Shown: piece after piece, positions 10,501 to 25,800 of the stretch
Position numbering within the stretch: the first letter of the stretch is position 1
Layout of the letters: each line of letters begins with the position of its first letter
Assembly: GCA_964035545.1 (NCBI GenBank)
Contig: CAXIUT010000073.1
Coordinates: 434,001-498,000, forward strand
Source: Bugula neritina
Taxonomy: Eukaryota; Animalia; Bryozoa
Reading direction: 5' to 3'
DNA: 64,000 bases
The notes under the pieces: generated by a model
The model's input: only the letters and a program-made list of their open reading frames with translations
The model's database searches: none
Told to the model about the DNA's origin: nothing
Translations under genes and position numbers: made by a program

Positions 10501-13500
10501 TCTGTCTGATTGTCCATCAGCAAAAGTTTGCGCCTTGCAGTTATTATGGAAATACCAGTGATGCTGGAAGACCTTTGCATTGTACACCCGCCTTTACTAT
10601 TGAATTTAGATATTTTATTTTCCCATCCCCTCTCCTGCCCCCCTGTCCCCTCTAACAACCAGCAATCCTGACTCATGTGAATTGTGTTATTGTTCTAGAG
10701 TTGGCCCATGGGCCTACAGTATACGATTTGAAGCTTTATAGTTTACAGGCAGTAGAGATGAGTCACTGCTGAAACTCATTTTATTAGTAGACTATATTGC
10801 TCTTCAATAATCAGTTTTCATATTAAAAGAGAAAGCTCATCTGCAGCGCCATTTCACAGTGTTATGTTTTGCTAGAGCAATAACTACTTTTAGATGCCTT
10901 TGCAAACATATGAGAAATAAATGAGTCATTCAATGAAAAGAGGTGTTTGCAGCACTTGTCCACTTTTGATTTACATGCGGCATGGAAACTTTTGTAGTTT
11001 TAAATAATGTCTCCAAATTCATCACTTGCATGTGTTTAGATACTTGATGAAAATTTTTATGCAAAACTTGATGCCTGCTTCAAAGACACCAGTGCTTAAT
11101 TACTGTGTTAACTGTATTGGCATGTTGCCATGAGATATTTGGTAATATTTCGCATCACAACAAACTCTTCAGAAAGTTAAGAAAATAAGTCTAGAAAGTT
11201 AATGAAATAAACCTACCAGAGAGAGCAAGCTAGATGTAACAAGTAGATCCAAAACAAGTTGATAAACAATTGAAGTTGAAGTCTCCATGTAGTCAACACG
11301 TTAGTCCTAATGTCAAATGCAAACGTCTGCAACCAAACTGTGTAGACTTCATAAGCTGGTTAGCTGACAGGAGAGATTAAAGTTCTTAACTCTTGTGTGT
11401 ATAGTGATGCCCATCTTGAACTAGAGATGGCTGACTGAAGACTGCTACTTTGTGAAAATTGACAATGCATATTATTATTATTCATTGTTGAGATTCACGA
11501 CTGCCATAAACAATGATAAAATATTCATTGTTGGTACTACTGAGTAGAATAAAATATAATATAATATTATTTTCTGGACAGATAAATAATATCAAATGCA
11601 TATTATAACTTACCATAAATCTACAGTGCTTCACATCTTCACCTTTTTCTGCAATGTTATTTCTTTGCAGTTAGAAGTACTAGCTGAATATATGACTATG
11701 AAACATAACCCTTCAATTTCATTGCACCAGCACCAGTTGCAAGATAGGTGTATTGAGAGTTATCTTTCCCAAAATTTTGTTCTTGGTGTTTATACGAAGC
11801 AGACACAGGCTAATATTAGTTTTGTTATTTGCAAGAGTTTTTCTGTCTTATTGTCCATCAGCAAAAGTTTGCGCCTTGCAGTTATTATGAAAATACCAGT
11901 GATGCTGGAAGACCTTTGCATTGTACACCCGCCTTTACTATTGAATTTAGATGTTTTATTTTCCCATCCCCTCTCCTGCCCCCCTGTCCCCTCTAACAAC
12001 CAGCAATCTTGACTCATGTGAATTGTGTTATTGTTCTAGAGTTGGCCCATGGGCCTACAGTATACGATTTGAAACTTTATAGTTTACAGGCAGTCGAGAT
12101 GAGTCAGTGCTGAAACCCATTTTATTAGTAGACTATATTGCTCTTCAATAATCAGTTTTCATATTAAAAGAGAAAGCTCATCTGCAGCGCCATTTTACAG
12201 TGTTATATTTTGCCAGAGCAATAACTAATTTTAGATGCCTTTGCAAACATATGAGAAATAAATGAGTCATTCTATGAAAAGAGGTGTTTGCAGCACTTGT
12301 CCACTTTTGATTTACACGCGGCATGGAAACTTTTGTAGTTTTAAATAATGTCTCCAAATTCATCACTTGCATGTGTTTAGATACTTGATGAAAATTTTCA
12401 TGCAAAACTTGATGCCTGCTTCAAAGACACCAGTGCTTAATTACTGTGTTAACTGTATTGGCACGTTGCTATGAGATATTTGGTAATATTTCGCATCACA
12501 ACAAACTTTTCAGAAAGTTAAGAAAATCAGTCTAGAAAGTTAATGAAATAAACCTACCAGAGAGAGTAAGCCAGATGTAACAAGTAGATCCAAAACAAGT
12601 TGATAAACAATTGAAGTTGAAGTCTCCATGTAGTCAACACGTTAGTCCTAATGTCAAATGCAAACGTCTGCAACCAAACTGTGTAGACTTCATGAGCTGG
12701 TTAGCTGACAGGAGAGATTAAAGTTCTTAACTCTTGTGTGTATAGTGATGCCCATCTTGAACCAGAGATGGCTGACTGAAGACTGCTACTTTGTGAAAAT
12801 TGACAATGCATATTATTATTATTCATTGTTGAGATTCAGGACTGCCATAAACAATGATAAAATATTCATTGTTGGTACTACTGAGTAGAATAAAATATAA
12901 TATAATATTATTTTCTGGACAGATAAATAATATCAAATGCATATTATAACTTACCATAAATATACAGTGCTTCACATCTTCACCTTTTTCTGCAATGTTA
13001 TTTCTTTGCAGTTAGAAGTACTAGCTGAATATATGACTATGAAACATAACCCTTCAATTTCATTGCACCAGCACCAGTTGCAAGATAGGTGTGTTGAGAG
13101 TTATCTTTCCCAAAATTTTGTTCTTGGTGTTTATACGAAGCAGACACAGGTTAATATTAGTTTTGTTATTTGCAAGAGTTTTTCTGTCTGATTGTCCATC
13201 AGCAAAAGTTTGCGCCTTGCAGTTATTATGGAAATACCAGTGATGCTGGAAGACCTTTGCATTGTACACCCGCCTTTACTATTGAATTTAGATATTTTAT
13301 TTTCCCATCCCCTCTCCCGCCCCCCTGTCCCCTCTAACAACCAGCAATCTTGACTCATGTGAATTGTGTTATTGTTCTAGAGTTGGCCCATGGGCCTACA
13401 GTATACGATTTGAAGCTTTATAGTTTACAGGCAGTCGAGATGAGTCACTGCTGAAACCCATTTTATTAGTAGACTATATTGCTCTTCAATAATCAGTTTT

Positions 13501-15289
13501 CATATTAAAAGAGAAAGCTCATCTGCAGCGCCATTTTACAGTGTTATATTTTGCCAGAGCAATAACTAATTTTAGATGCCTTTGCAAACATATGAGAAAT
13601 AAATGAGTCATTCTATGAAAAGAGGTGTTTGCAGCACTTGTCCACTTTTGATTTACACGCGGCATGGAAACTTTTGTAGTTTTAAATAATGTCTCCAAAT
13701 TCATCACTTGCATGTGTTTAGATACTTGATGAAAATTTTCATGCAAAACTTGATGCCTGCTTCAAAGACACCAGTGCTTAATTACTGTGTTAACTGTATT
13801 GGCACGTTGCTATGAGATATTTGGTAATATTTCGCATCACAACAAACTTTTCAGAAAGTTAAGAAAATCAGTCTAGAAAGTTAATGAAATAAACCTACCA
13901 GAGAGAGTAAGCCAGATGTAACAAGTAGATCCAAAACAAGTTGATAAACAATTGAAGTTGAAGTCTCCATGTAGTCAACACGTTAGTCCTAATGTCAAAT
14001 GCAAACGTCTGCAACCAAACTGTGTAGACTTCATGAGCTGGTTAGCTGACAGGAGAGATTAAAGTTCTTAACTCTTGTGTGTATAGTGATGCCCATCTTG
14101 AACCAGAGATGGCTGACTGAAGACTGCTACTTTGTGAAAATTGACAATGCATATTATTATTATTCATTGTTGAGATTCACGACTGCCATAAACAATGATA
14201 AAATATTCATTGTTGGTACTACTGAGTAGAATAAAATATAATATAATATTATTTTCTGGACAGATAAATAATATCAAATGCATATTATAACTTACCATAA
14301 ATATACAGTGCTTCACATCTTCACCTTTTTCTGCAATGTTATTTCTTTGCAGTTAGAAGTACTAGCTGAATATATGACTATGAAACATAACCCTTCAATT
14401 TCATTGCACCAGCACCAGTTGCAAGATAGGTGTATTGAGAGTTATCTTTCCCAAAATTTTGTTCTTGGTGTTTATACGAAGCAGACACAGGCTAATATTA
14501 GTTTTGTTATTTGCAAGAGTTTTTCTGTCTGATTGTCCATCAGCAAAAGTTTGCGCCTTGCAGTTATTATGGAAATACCAGTGATGCTGGAAGACCTTTG
14601 CATTGTACACCCGCCTTGACTATTGAAGTTAGATGTTTTATTTTCCCATCCCCTCTCCCGCCCCCCTGTCCCCTCTAACAACCGGCAATCCTGACTCATG
14701 TGAATTGTGTTATTGTTCTAGAGTTGGCCCATGGGCCTACAGTATACGATTTGAAGCTTTATAGTTTACAGGCAGTCGAGATGAGTCACTGCTGAAACCC
14801 ATTTTATTAGTAGACTATATTGCTCTTCAATCATCAGTTTTCATATTAAAACAGAAAGCTCATCTGCAGCGCCATTTCACAGTGTTATATTTTGCTAGAG
14901 CAATAACTAATTTTAGATGCCTTTGCAAACATATGAGAAATAAATGAGTCATTCTATGAAAAGAGGTGTTTGCAGCACTTGTCCACTTTTGATTTACACG
15001 CGGCATCGAAACTTTTGTAGTTTTAAATAATGTCTCCAAATTCATCACTTGCATGTGTTTAGATACTTGATGAAAATGTTTATGCAAAATTTGATGCCTG
15101 CTTCAAAGACACCAGTGCTTAATTACTGTGTTAACTGTATTGGCACGTTGCCATGAGATATTTGGTAATATTTCGCATCACAACAAACTCTTCAGAAAGT
15201 TAAGAAAATCAGTCTAGAAAGTTAATGAAATAAACCTACCAGAGAGAGTAAGCCAGATGTAACAAGTAGATCCAAAACAAGTTGATAAA

Positions 15290-18200
15290 CAATTGAAGTT
15301 GAAGTCTCCATGTAGTCAACACGTTAGTCCTAATGTCAAATGCAAACGTCTGCAACCAAACTGTGTAGACTTCATGAGCTGGTTAGCTGACAGGAGAGAT
15401 TAAAGTTCTTAACTCTTGTGTGTATAGTGATGCCCATCTTGAACTAGAGATGGCTGACTGAAGACTGCTACTTTGTGAAAATTGACAATGCATATTATTA
15501 TTATTCATTGTTGAGATTCACGACTGCCATAAACAATGATAAAATATTCATTGTTGGTACTACTGAGTAGAATAAAATATAATATAATATTATTTTCTGG
15601 ACAGATAAATAATATCAAATGCATATTATAACTTACCATAAATCTACAGTGCTTCACATCTTCACCTTTTTCTGCAATGTTATTTCTTTGCAGTTAGAAG
15701 TACTAGCTGAATATATGACTATGAAACATAACCCTTCAATTTCATTGCACCAGCACCAGTTGCAAGATAGGTGTATTGAGAGTTATCTTTCCCAAAATTT
15801 TGTTCTTGGTGTTTATACGAAGCAGACACAGGCTAATATTAGTTTTGTTATTTGCAAGAGTTTTTCTGTCTGATTGTCCATCAGCAAAAGTTTGCGCCTT
15901 GCAGTTATTATGGAAATACCAGTGATGCTGGAAGACCTTTGCATTGTACACCCGCCTTTACTATTGAATTTAGATATTTTATTTTCCCATCCCCTCTCCT
16001 GCCCCCCTGTCCCCTCTAACAACCAGCAATCCTGACTCATGTGAATTGTGTTATTGTTCTATAGAGTTGGCCCATGGGCCTACAGTATACGATTTGAAGC
16101 TTTATAGTTTACAGGCAGTAGAGATGAGTCACTGCTGAAACTCATTTTATTAGTAGACTATATTGCTCTTCAATAATCAGTTTTCATATTAAAAGAGAAA
16201 GCTCATCTGCAGCGCCATTTCACAGTGTTATGTTTTGCTAGAGCAATAACTACTTTTAGATGCCTTTGCAAACATATGAGAAATAAATGAGTCATTCAAT
16301 GAAAAGAGGTGTTTGCAGCACTTGTCCACTTTTGATTTACATGCGGCATGGAAACTTTTGTAGTTTTAAATAATGTCTCCAAATTCATCACTTGCATGTG
16401 TTTAGATACTTGATGAAAATTTTTATGCAAAACTTGATGCCTGCTTCAAAGACACCAGTGCTTAATTACTGTGTTAACTGTATTGGCATGTTGCCATGAG
16501 ATATTTGGTAATATTTCGCATCACAACAAACTCTTCAGAAAGTTAAGAAAATAAGTCTAGAAAGTTAATGAAATAAACCTACCAGAGAGAGTAAGCTAGA
16601 TGTAACAAGTAGATCCAAAACAAGTTGATAAACAATTGAAGTTGAAGTCTCCATGTAGTCAACACGTTAGTCCTAATGTCAAATGCAAACGTCTGCAACC
16701 AAACTGTGTAGACTTCATAAGCTGGTTAGCTGACAGGAGAGATTAAAGTTCTTAACTCTTGTGTGTATAGTGATGCCCATCTTGAACTAGAGATGGCTGA
16801 CTGAAGACTGCTACTTTGTGAAAATTGACAATGCATATTATTATTATTCATTGTTGAGATTCACGACTGCCATAAACAATGATAAAATATTCATTGTTGG
16901 TACTACTGAGTAGAATAAAATATAATATAATATTATTTTCTGGACAGATAAATAATATCAAATGCATATTATAACTTACCATAAATCTACAGTGCTTCAC
17001 ATCTTCACCTTTTTCTGCAATGTTATTTCTTTGCAGTTAGAAGTACTAGCTGAATATATGACTATGAAACATAACCCTTCAATTTCATTGCACCAGCACC
17101 AGTTGCAAGATAGGTGTATTGAGAGTTATCTTTCCCAAAATTTTGTTCTTGGTGTTTATACGAAGCAGACACAGGCTAATATTAGTTTTGTTATTTGCAA
17201 GAGTTTTTCTGTCTTATTGTCCATCAGCAAAAGTTTGCGCCTTGCAGTTATTATGAAAATACCAGTGATGCTGGAAGACCTTTGCATTGTACACCCGCCT
17301 TTACTATTGAATTTAGATGTTTTATTTTCCCATCCCCTCTCCTGCCCCCCTGTCCCCTCTAACAACCAGCAATCTTGACTCATGTGAATTGTGTTATTGT
17401 TCTAGAGTTGGCCCATGGGCCTACAGTATACGATTTGAAACTTTATAGTTTACAGGCAGTCGAGATGAGTCAGTGCTGAAACCCATTTTATTAGTAGACT
17501 ATATTGCTCTTCAATAATCAGTTTTCATATTAAAAGAGAAAGCTCATCTGCAGCGCCATTTTACAGTGTTATATTTTGCCGGAGCAATAACTAATTTTAG
17601 ATGCCTTTGCAAACATATGAGAAATAAATGAGTCATTCTATGAAAAGAGGTGTTTGCAGCACTTGTCCACTTTTGATTTACACGCGGCATGGAAACTTTT
17701 GTAGTTTTAAATAATGTCTCCAAATTCATCACTTGCATGTGTTTAGATACTTGATGAAAATTTTCATGCAAAACTTGATGCCTGCTTCAAAGACACCAGT
17801 GCTTAATTACTGTGTTAACTGTATTGGCACGTTGCTATGAGATATTTGGTAATATTTCGCATCACAACAAACTTTTCAGAAAGTTAAGAAAATCAGTCTA
17901 GAAAGTTAATGAAATAAACCTACCAGAGAGAGTAAGCCAGATGTAACAAGTAGATCCAAAACAAGTTGATAAACAATTGAAGTTGAAGTCTCCATGTAGT
18001 CAACACGTTAGTCCTAATGTCAAATGCAAACGTCTGCAACCAAACTGTGTAGACTTCATGAGCTGGTTAGCTGACAGGAGAGATTAAAGTTCTTAACTCT
18101 TGTGTGTATAGTGATGCCCATCTTGAACCAGAGATGGCTGACTGAAGACTGCTACTTTGTGAAAATTGACAATGCATATTATTATTATTCATTGTTGAGA

Positions 18201-21200
18201 TTCACGACTGCCATAAACAATGATAAAATATTCATTGTTGGTACTACTGAGTAGAATAAAATATAATATAATATTATTTTCTGGACAGATAAATAATATC
18301 AAATGCATATTATAACTTACCATAAATATACAGTGCTTCACATCTTCACCTTTTTCTGCAATGTTATTTCTTTGCAGTTAGAAGTACTAGCTGAATATAT
18401 GACTATGAAACATAACCCTTCAATTTCATTGCACCAGCACCAGTTGCAAGATAGGTGTGTTGAGAGTTATCTTTCCCAAAATTTTGTTCTTGGTGTTTAT
18501 ACGAAGCAGACACAGGCTAATATTAGTTTTGTTATTTGCAAGAGTTTTTCTGTCTGATTGTCCATCAGCAAAAGTTTGCGCCTTGCAGTTATTATGGAAA
18601 TACCAGTGATGCTGGAAGACCTTTGCATTGTACACCCGCCTTTACTATTGAATTTAGATATTTTATTTTCCCATCCCCTCTCCCGCCCCCCTGTCCCCTC
18701 TAACAACCAGCAATCCTGACTCATGTAACTTGTGTTATTGTTCTAGAGTTGGCCCATGGGCCCACAGTATACGATTTGAAGCTTTATAGTTTACAGGCAG
18801 TCGAGATGAGTCACTGCTGAAACCCATTTTATTAGTAGACTATATTGCTCTTCAATAATCAGTTTTCATATTAAAAGAGAAAGCTCATCTGCAGCGCCAT
18901 TTCACAGTGTTATGTTTTGCTAGAGCAATAACTACTTTTAGATGCCTTTGCAAACATATGAGAAATAAATGAGTCATTCTATGAAAAGAGGTGTTTGCAG
19001 CACTTGTCCACTTTTGATTTACACGCGGCATCGAAACTTTTGTAGTTTTAAATAATGTCTCCAAATTCATCACTTGCATGTGTTTAGATACTTGATGAAA
19101 ATGTTTATGCAAAATTTGATGCCTGCTTCAAAGACACCAGTGCTTAATTACTGTGTTAACTGTATTGGCACGTTGCCATGAGATATTTGGTAATATTTCG
19201 CATCACAACAAACTCTTCAGAAAGTTAAGAAAATCAGTCTAGAAAGTTAATGAAATAAACCTACCAGAGAGAGTAAGCCAGATGTAACAAGTAGATCCAA
19301 AACAAGTTGATTAACAATTGAAGTTGAAGTCTCGATGTAGTCAACACTTTAGTCCTAACGTCAAATGCTAACGTCTGCAACCAAACTGTGAAGACTTCAT
19401 GAGCTGGTTAGCTGACAGGACACATTAAAGTTCTTAACTCTTGTGTGTATAGTGATGCCCATCTTGAACTAGAGAGGGCTGACTGAAGACTGCTACTTTG
19501 TGAAAATTGACAATGCATATTATTATTATTCATTGTTGAGATTCACGACTGCCATAAACAATGATAAAATATTCATTGTTGGTACTACTGAGTAGAATAA
19601 AATATAATATAATATTGTTTTCTGGACAGAAAAGTAATATCAAATGCATATTATAACTTACCATAAATCTACAGTGCTTCACATCTTCACCTTTTCCTGC
19701 AGTTTTATTTCTTTGCAGTTAGAAGTAGTAGCTGAATATATGACGATGAAACATAACCCTTCAATTTCATTGCACCAGCACCAGTTGCAAGATAGGTGTG
19801 TTGGGAGTTATCTTTCCTAAAAATTTGTTCTTGGTGTTTATACGAAGCAGACACAGGCTAATATTAGTTTTGTTATTTGCAAGAGTTTTTCTGTCTGATT
19901 GTCCATCAGCAAAAGTTTGCGCCTTGCAGTTATTATGAAAATACCAGTGATGCTGGAAGACCTTTGCATTGTACACCCGCCTTTACTATTGAATTTAGAT
20001 GTTTTATTTTCCCATCCCCTCTCCTGCCCCCCTGTCCCCTCTAACAACCAGCAATCTTGACTCATGTGAATTTTGTTATTGTTCTAGAGTTGGCCCATGG
20101 GCCTACAGTATACGATTTGAAACTTTATAGTTTACAGGCAGTCGAGATGAGTCAGTGCTGAAACCCATTTTATTAGTAGACTATATTGCTCTTCAATAAT
20201 CAGTTTTCATATTAAAAGAGAAAGCTCATCTGCAGCGCCATTTTACAGTGTTATATTTTGCCAGAGCAATAACTAATTTTAGATGCCTTTGCAAACATAT
20301 GAGAAATAAATGAGTCATTCTATGAAAAGAGGTGTTTGCAGCACTTGTCCACTTTTGATTTACACGCGGCATGGAAACTTTTGTAGTTTTAAATAATGTC
20401 TCCAAATTCATCACTTGCATGTGTTTAGATACTTGATGAAAATTTTCATGCAAAACTTGATGCCTGCTTCAAAGACACCAGTGCTTAATTACTGTGTTAA
20501 CTGTATTGGCACGTTGCTATGAGATATTTGGTAATATTTCGCATCACAACAAACTTTTCAGAAAGTTAAGAAAATCAGTCTAGAAAGTTAATGAAATAAA
20601 CCTACCAGAGAGAGTAAGCCAGATGTAACAAGTAGATCCAAAACAAGTTGATAAACAATTGAAGTTGAAGTCTCCATGTAGTCAACACGTTAGTCCTAAT
20701 GTCAAATGCAAACGTCTGCAACCAAACTGTGTAGACTTCATGAGCTGGTTAGCTGACAGGAGAGATTAAAGTTCTTAACTCTTGTGTGTATAGTGATGCC
20801 CATCTTGAACTAGAGATGGCTGACTGAAGACTGCTACTTTGTGAAAATTGACAATGCATATTATTATTATTCATTGTTGAGATTCACGACTGCCATAAAC
20901 AATGATAAAATATTCATTGTTGGTACTACTGAGTAGAATAAAATATAATATAATATTATTTTCTGGACAGATAAATAATATCAAATGCATATTATAACTT
21001 ACCATAAATCTACAGTGCTTCACATCTTCACCTTTTTCTGCAATGTTATTTCTTTGCAGTTAGAAGTACTAGCTGAATATATGACTATGAAACATAACCC
21101 TTCAATTTCATCGCACCAGCACCAGTTGCAAGATAGGTGTATTGAGAGTTATCTTTCCCAAAATTTTGTTCTTGGTGTTTATACGAAGCAGACACAGGCT

Positions 21201-24200
21201 AATATTAGTTTTGTTATTTGCAAGAGTTTTTCTGTCTGATTGTCCATCAGCAAAAGTTTGCGCCTTGCAGTTATTATGGAAATACCAGTGATGCTGGAAG
21301 ACCTTTGCATTGTACACCCGCCTTTACTATTGAATTTAGATATTTTATTTTCCCATCCCCTCTCCTGCCCCCCTGTCCCCTCTAACAACCAGCAATCCTG
21401 ACTCATGTGAATTGTGTTATTGTTCTAGAGTTGGCCCATGGGCCTACAGTATACGATTTGAAGCTTTATAGTTTACAGGCAGTAGAGATGAGTCACTGCT
21501 GAAACTCATTTTATTAGTAGACTATATTGCTCTTCAATAATCAGTTTTCATATTAAAAGAGAAAGCTCATCTGCAGCGCCATTTCAGAGTGTTATGTTTT
21601 GCTAGAGCAATAACTACTTTTAGATGCCTTTGCAAACATATGAGAAATAAATGAGTCATTCTATGAAAAGAGGTGTTTGCAGCACTTGTCCACTTTTGAT
21701 TTACATGCGGCATGGAAACTTTTGTAGTTTTAAATAATGTCTCCAAATTCATCACTTGCATGTGTTTAGATACTTGATGAAAATTTTTATGCAAAACTTG
21801 ATGCCTGCTTCAAAGACACCAGTGCTTAATTACTGTGTTAACTGTATTGGCATGTTGCCATGAGATATTTGGTAATATTTCGCATCACAACAAACTCTTC
21901 AGAAAGTTAAGAAAATAAGTCTAGAAAGTTAATGAAATAAACCTACCAGAGAGAGTAAGCTAGATGTAACAAGTAGATCCAAAACAAGTTGATAAACAAT
22001 TGAAGTTGAAGTCTCCATGTAGTCAACACGTTAGTCCTAATGTCAAATGCAAACGTCTGCAACCAAACTGTGTAGACTTCATAAGCTGGTTAGCTGACAG
22101 GAGAGATTAAAGTTCTTAACTCTTGTGTGTATAGTGATGCCCATCTTGAACTAGAGATGGCTGACTGAAGACTGCTACTTTGTGAAAATTGACAATGCAT
22201 ATTATTATTATTCATTGTTGAGATTCACGACTGCCATAAACAATGATAAAATATTCATTGTTGGTACTACTGAGTAGAATAAAATATAATATAATATTAT
22301 TTTCTGGACAGATAAATAATATCAAATGCATATTATAACTTACCATAAATCTACAGTGCTTCACATCTTCACCTTTTTCTGCAATGTTATTTCTTTGCAG
22401 TTAGAAGTACTAGCTGAATATATGACTATGAAACATAACCCTTCAATTTCATTGCACCAGCACCAGTTGCAAGATAGGTGTATTGAGAGTTATCTTTCCC
22501 AAAATTTTGTTCTTGGTGTTTATACGAAGCAGACACAGGCTAATATTAGTTTTGTTATTTGCAAGAGTTTTTCTGTCTTATTGTCCATCAGCAAAAGTTT
22601 GCGCCTTGCAGTTATTATGAAAATACCAGTGATGCTGGAAGACCTTTGCATTGTACACCCGCCTTTACTATTGAATTTAGATGTTTTATTTTCCCATCCC
22701 CTCTCCTGCCCCCCTGTCCCCTCTAACAACCAGCAATCTTGACTCATGTGAATTGTGTTATTGTTCTAGAGTTGGCCCATGGGCCTACAGTATACGATTT
22801 GAAACTTTATAGTTTACAGGCAGTCGAGATGAGTCAGTGCTGAAACCCATTTTATTAGTAGACTATATTGCTCTTCAATAATCAGTTTTCATATTAAAAG
22901 AGAAAGCTCATCTGCAGCGCCATTTTACAGTGTTATATTTTGCCAGAGCAATAACTAATTTTAGATGCCTTTGCAAACATATGAGAAATAAATGAGTCAT
23001 TCTATGAAAAGAGGTGTTTGCAGCACTTGTCCACTTTTGATTTACACGCGGCATGGAAACTTTTGTAGTTTTAAATAATGTCTCCAAATTCATCACTTGC
23101 ATGTGTTTAGATACTTGATGAAAATTTTCATGCAAAACTTGATGCCTGCTTCAAAGACACCAGTGCTTAATTACTGTGTTAACTGTATTGGCACGTTGCT
23201 ATGAGATATTTGGTAATATTTCGCATCACAACAAACTTTTCAGAAAGTTAAGAAAATCAGTCTAGAAAGTTAATGAAATAAACCTACCAGAGAGAGTAAG
23301 CCAGATGTAACAAGTAGATCCAAAACAAGTTGATAAACAATTGAAGTTGAAGTCTCCATGTAGTCAACACGTTAGTCCTAATGTCAAATGCAAACGTCTG
23401 CAACCAAACTGTGTAGACTTCATGAGCTGGTTAGCTGACAGGAGAGATTAAAGTTCTTAACTCTTGTGTGTATAGTGATGCCCATCTTGAACCAGAGATG
23501 GCTGACTGAAGACTGCTACTTTGTGAAAATTGACAATGCATATTATTATTATTCATTGTTGAGATTCACGACTGCCATAAACAATGATAAAATATTCATT
23601 GTTGGTAATACTGAGTAGAATAAAATATAATATAATATTATTTTCTGGACAGATAAATAATATCAAATGCATATTATAACTTACCATAAATATACAGTGC
23701 TTCACATCTTCACCTTTTTCTGCAATGTTATTTCTTTGCAGTTAGAAGTACTAGCTGAATATATGACTATGAAACATAACCCTTCAATTTCATTGCACCA
23801 GCACCAGTTGCAAGATAGGTGTGTTGAGAGTTATCTTTCCCAAAATTTTGTTCTTGGTGTTTATACGAAGCAGACACAGGCTAATATTAGTTTTGTTATT
23901 TGCAAGAGTTTTTCTGTCTGATTGTCCATCAGCAAAAGTTTGCGCCTTGCAGTTATTATGGAAATACCAGTGATGCTGGAAGACCTTTGCATTGTACACC
24001 CGCCTTTACTATTGAATTTAGATATTTTATTTTCCCATCCCCTCTCCCGCCCCCCTGTCCCCTCTAACAACCAGCAATCCTGACTCATGTAACTTGTGTT
24101 ATTGTTCTAGAGTTGGCCCATGGGCCCACAGTATACGATTTGAAGCTTTATAGTTTACAGGCAGTCGAGATGAGTCACTGCTGAAACCCATTTTATTAGT

Positions 24201-25800
24201 AGACTATATTGCTCTTCAATAATCAGTTTTCATATTAAAAGAGAAAGCTCATCTGCAGCGCCATTTCACAGTGTTATGTTTTGCTAGAGCAATAACTACT
24301 TTTAGATGCCTTTGCAAACATATGAGAAATAAATGAGTCATTCTATGAAAAGAGGTGTTTGCAGCACTTGTCCACTTTTGATTTACACGCGGCATCGAAA
24401 CTTTTGTAGTTTTAAATAATGTCTCCAAATTCATCACTTGCATGTGTTTAGATACTTGATGAAAATGTTTATGCAAAATTTGATGCCTGCTTCAAAGACA
24501 CCAGTGCTTAATTACTGTGTTAACTGTATTGGCACGTTGCCATGAGATATTTGGTAATATTTCGCATCACAACAAACTCTTCAGAAAGTTAAGAAAATCA
24601 GTCTAGAAAGTTAATGAAATAAACCTACCAGAGAGAGTAAGCCAGATGTAACAAGTAGATCCAAAACAAGTTGATTAACAATTGAAGTTGAAGTCTCGAT
24701 GTAGTCAACACTTTAGTCCTAACGTCAAATGCTAACGTCTGCAACCAAACTGTGAAGACTTCATGAGCTGGTTAGCTGACAGGACACATTAAAGTTCTTA
24801 ACTCTTGTGTGTATAGTGATGCCCATCTTGAACTAGAGAGGGCTGACTGAAGACTGCTACTTTGTGAAAATTGACAATGCATATTATTATTATTCATTGT
24901 TGAGATTCACGACTGCCATAAACAATGATAAAATATTCATTGTTGGTACTACTGAGTAGAATAAAATATAATATAATATTGTTTTCTGGACAGAAAAGTA
25001 ATATCAAATGCATATTATAACTTACCATAAATCTACAGTGCTTCACATCTTCACCTTTTCCTGCAATTTTATTTCTTTGCAGTTAGAAGTAGTAGCTGAA
25101 TATATGACGATGAAACATAACCCTTCAATTTCATTGCACCAGCACCAGTTGCAAGATAGGTGTGTTGGGAGTTATCTTTCCTAAAAATTTGTTCTTGGTG
25201 TTTATACGAAGCAGACACAGGCTAATATTAGTTTTGTTATTTGCAAGAGTTTTTCTGTCTGATTGTCCATCAGCAAAAGTTTGCGCCTTGCAGTTATTAT
25301 GAAAATACCAGTGATGCTGGAAGACCTTTGCATTGTACACCCGCCTTTACTATTGAATTTAGATGTTTTATTTTCCCATCCCCTCTCCTGCCCCCCTGTC
25401 CCCTCTAACAACCAGCAATCTTGACTCATGTGAATTTTGTTATTGTTCTAGAGTTGGCCCATGGGCCTACAGTATACGATTTGAAACTTTATAGTTTACA
25501 GGCAGTCGAGATGAGTCAGTGCTGAAACCCATTTTATTAGTAGACTATATTGCTCTTCAATAATCAGTTTTCATATTAAAAGAGAAAGCTCATCTGCAGC
25601 GCCATTTTACAGTGTTATATTTTGCCAGAGCAATAACTAATTTTAGATGCCTTTGCAAACATATGAGAAATAAATGAGTCATTCTATGAAAAGAGGTGTT
25701 TGCAGCACTTGTCCACTTTTGATTTACACGCGGCATGGAAACTTTTGTAGTTTTAAATAATGTCTCCAAATTCATCACTTGCATGTGTTTAGATACTTGA
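15290..25800. repeat. Higher-order repeat: C-D-E-A' tetramer (5,364-bp period), about 2 copies; related C-D-E runs at ~9388-13410 and ~33528-38890
   Basis: Class D markers (CTGTCTTATTG, TTACATGCGG, GGCATGTTG, AAATAAGTCT) recur in U9, U13, U17 and U27; the D-specific 138-aa ORF starts at 11596, 16962, 22326 and 35736. Class E markers CATGTAACTTG and GGGCCCACAG occur in U14, U18 and U28. Boundaries are approximate. Confidence 0.85.
16060..16063 (+). other. 2-bp insertion (TA duplication; TCTAGA to TCTATAGA) making U12 1,343 bp
   Basis: The sequence reads TTGTTCTATAGAGTTGG here versus TTGTTCTAGAGTTGG in other copies. All downstream coordinates shift by +2. Confidence 0.93.

Noticed and set aside
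11596-12012. 138-aa ORF, the longest in the window (also at 16962, 22326, 35736)
   Set aside because: It arises from one TGA>TTA change in class D that fuses two chance frames. It is useful as a class marker, not as a gene.
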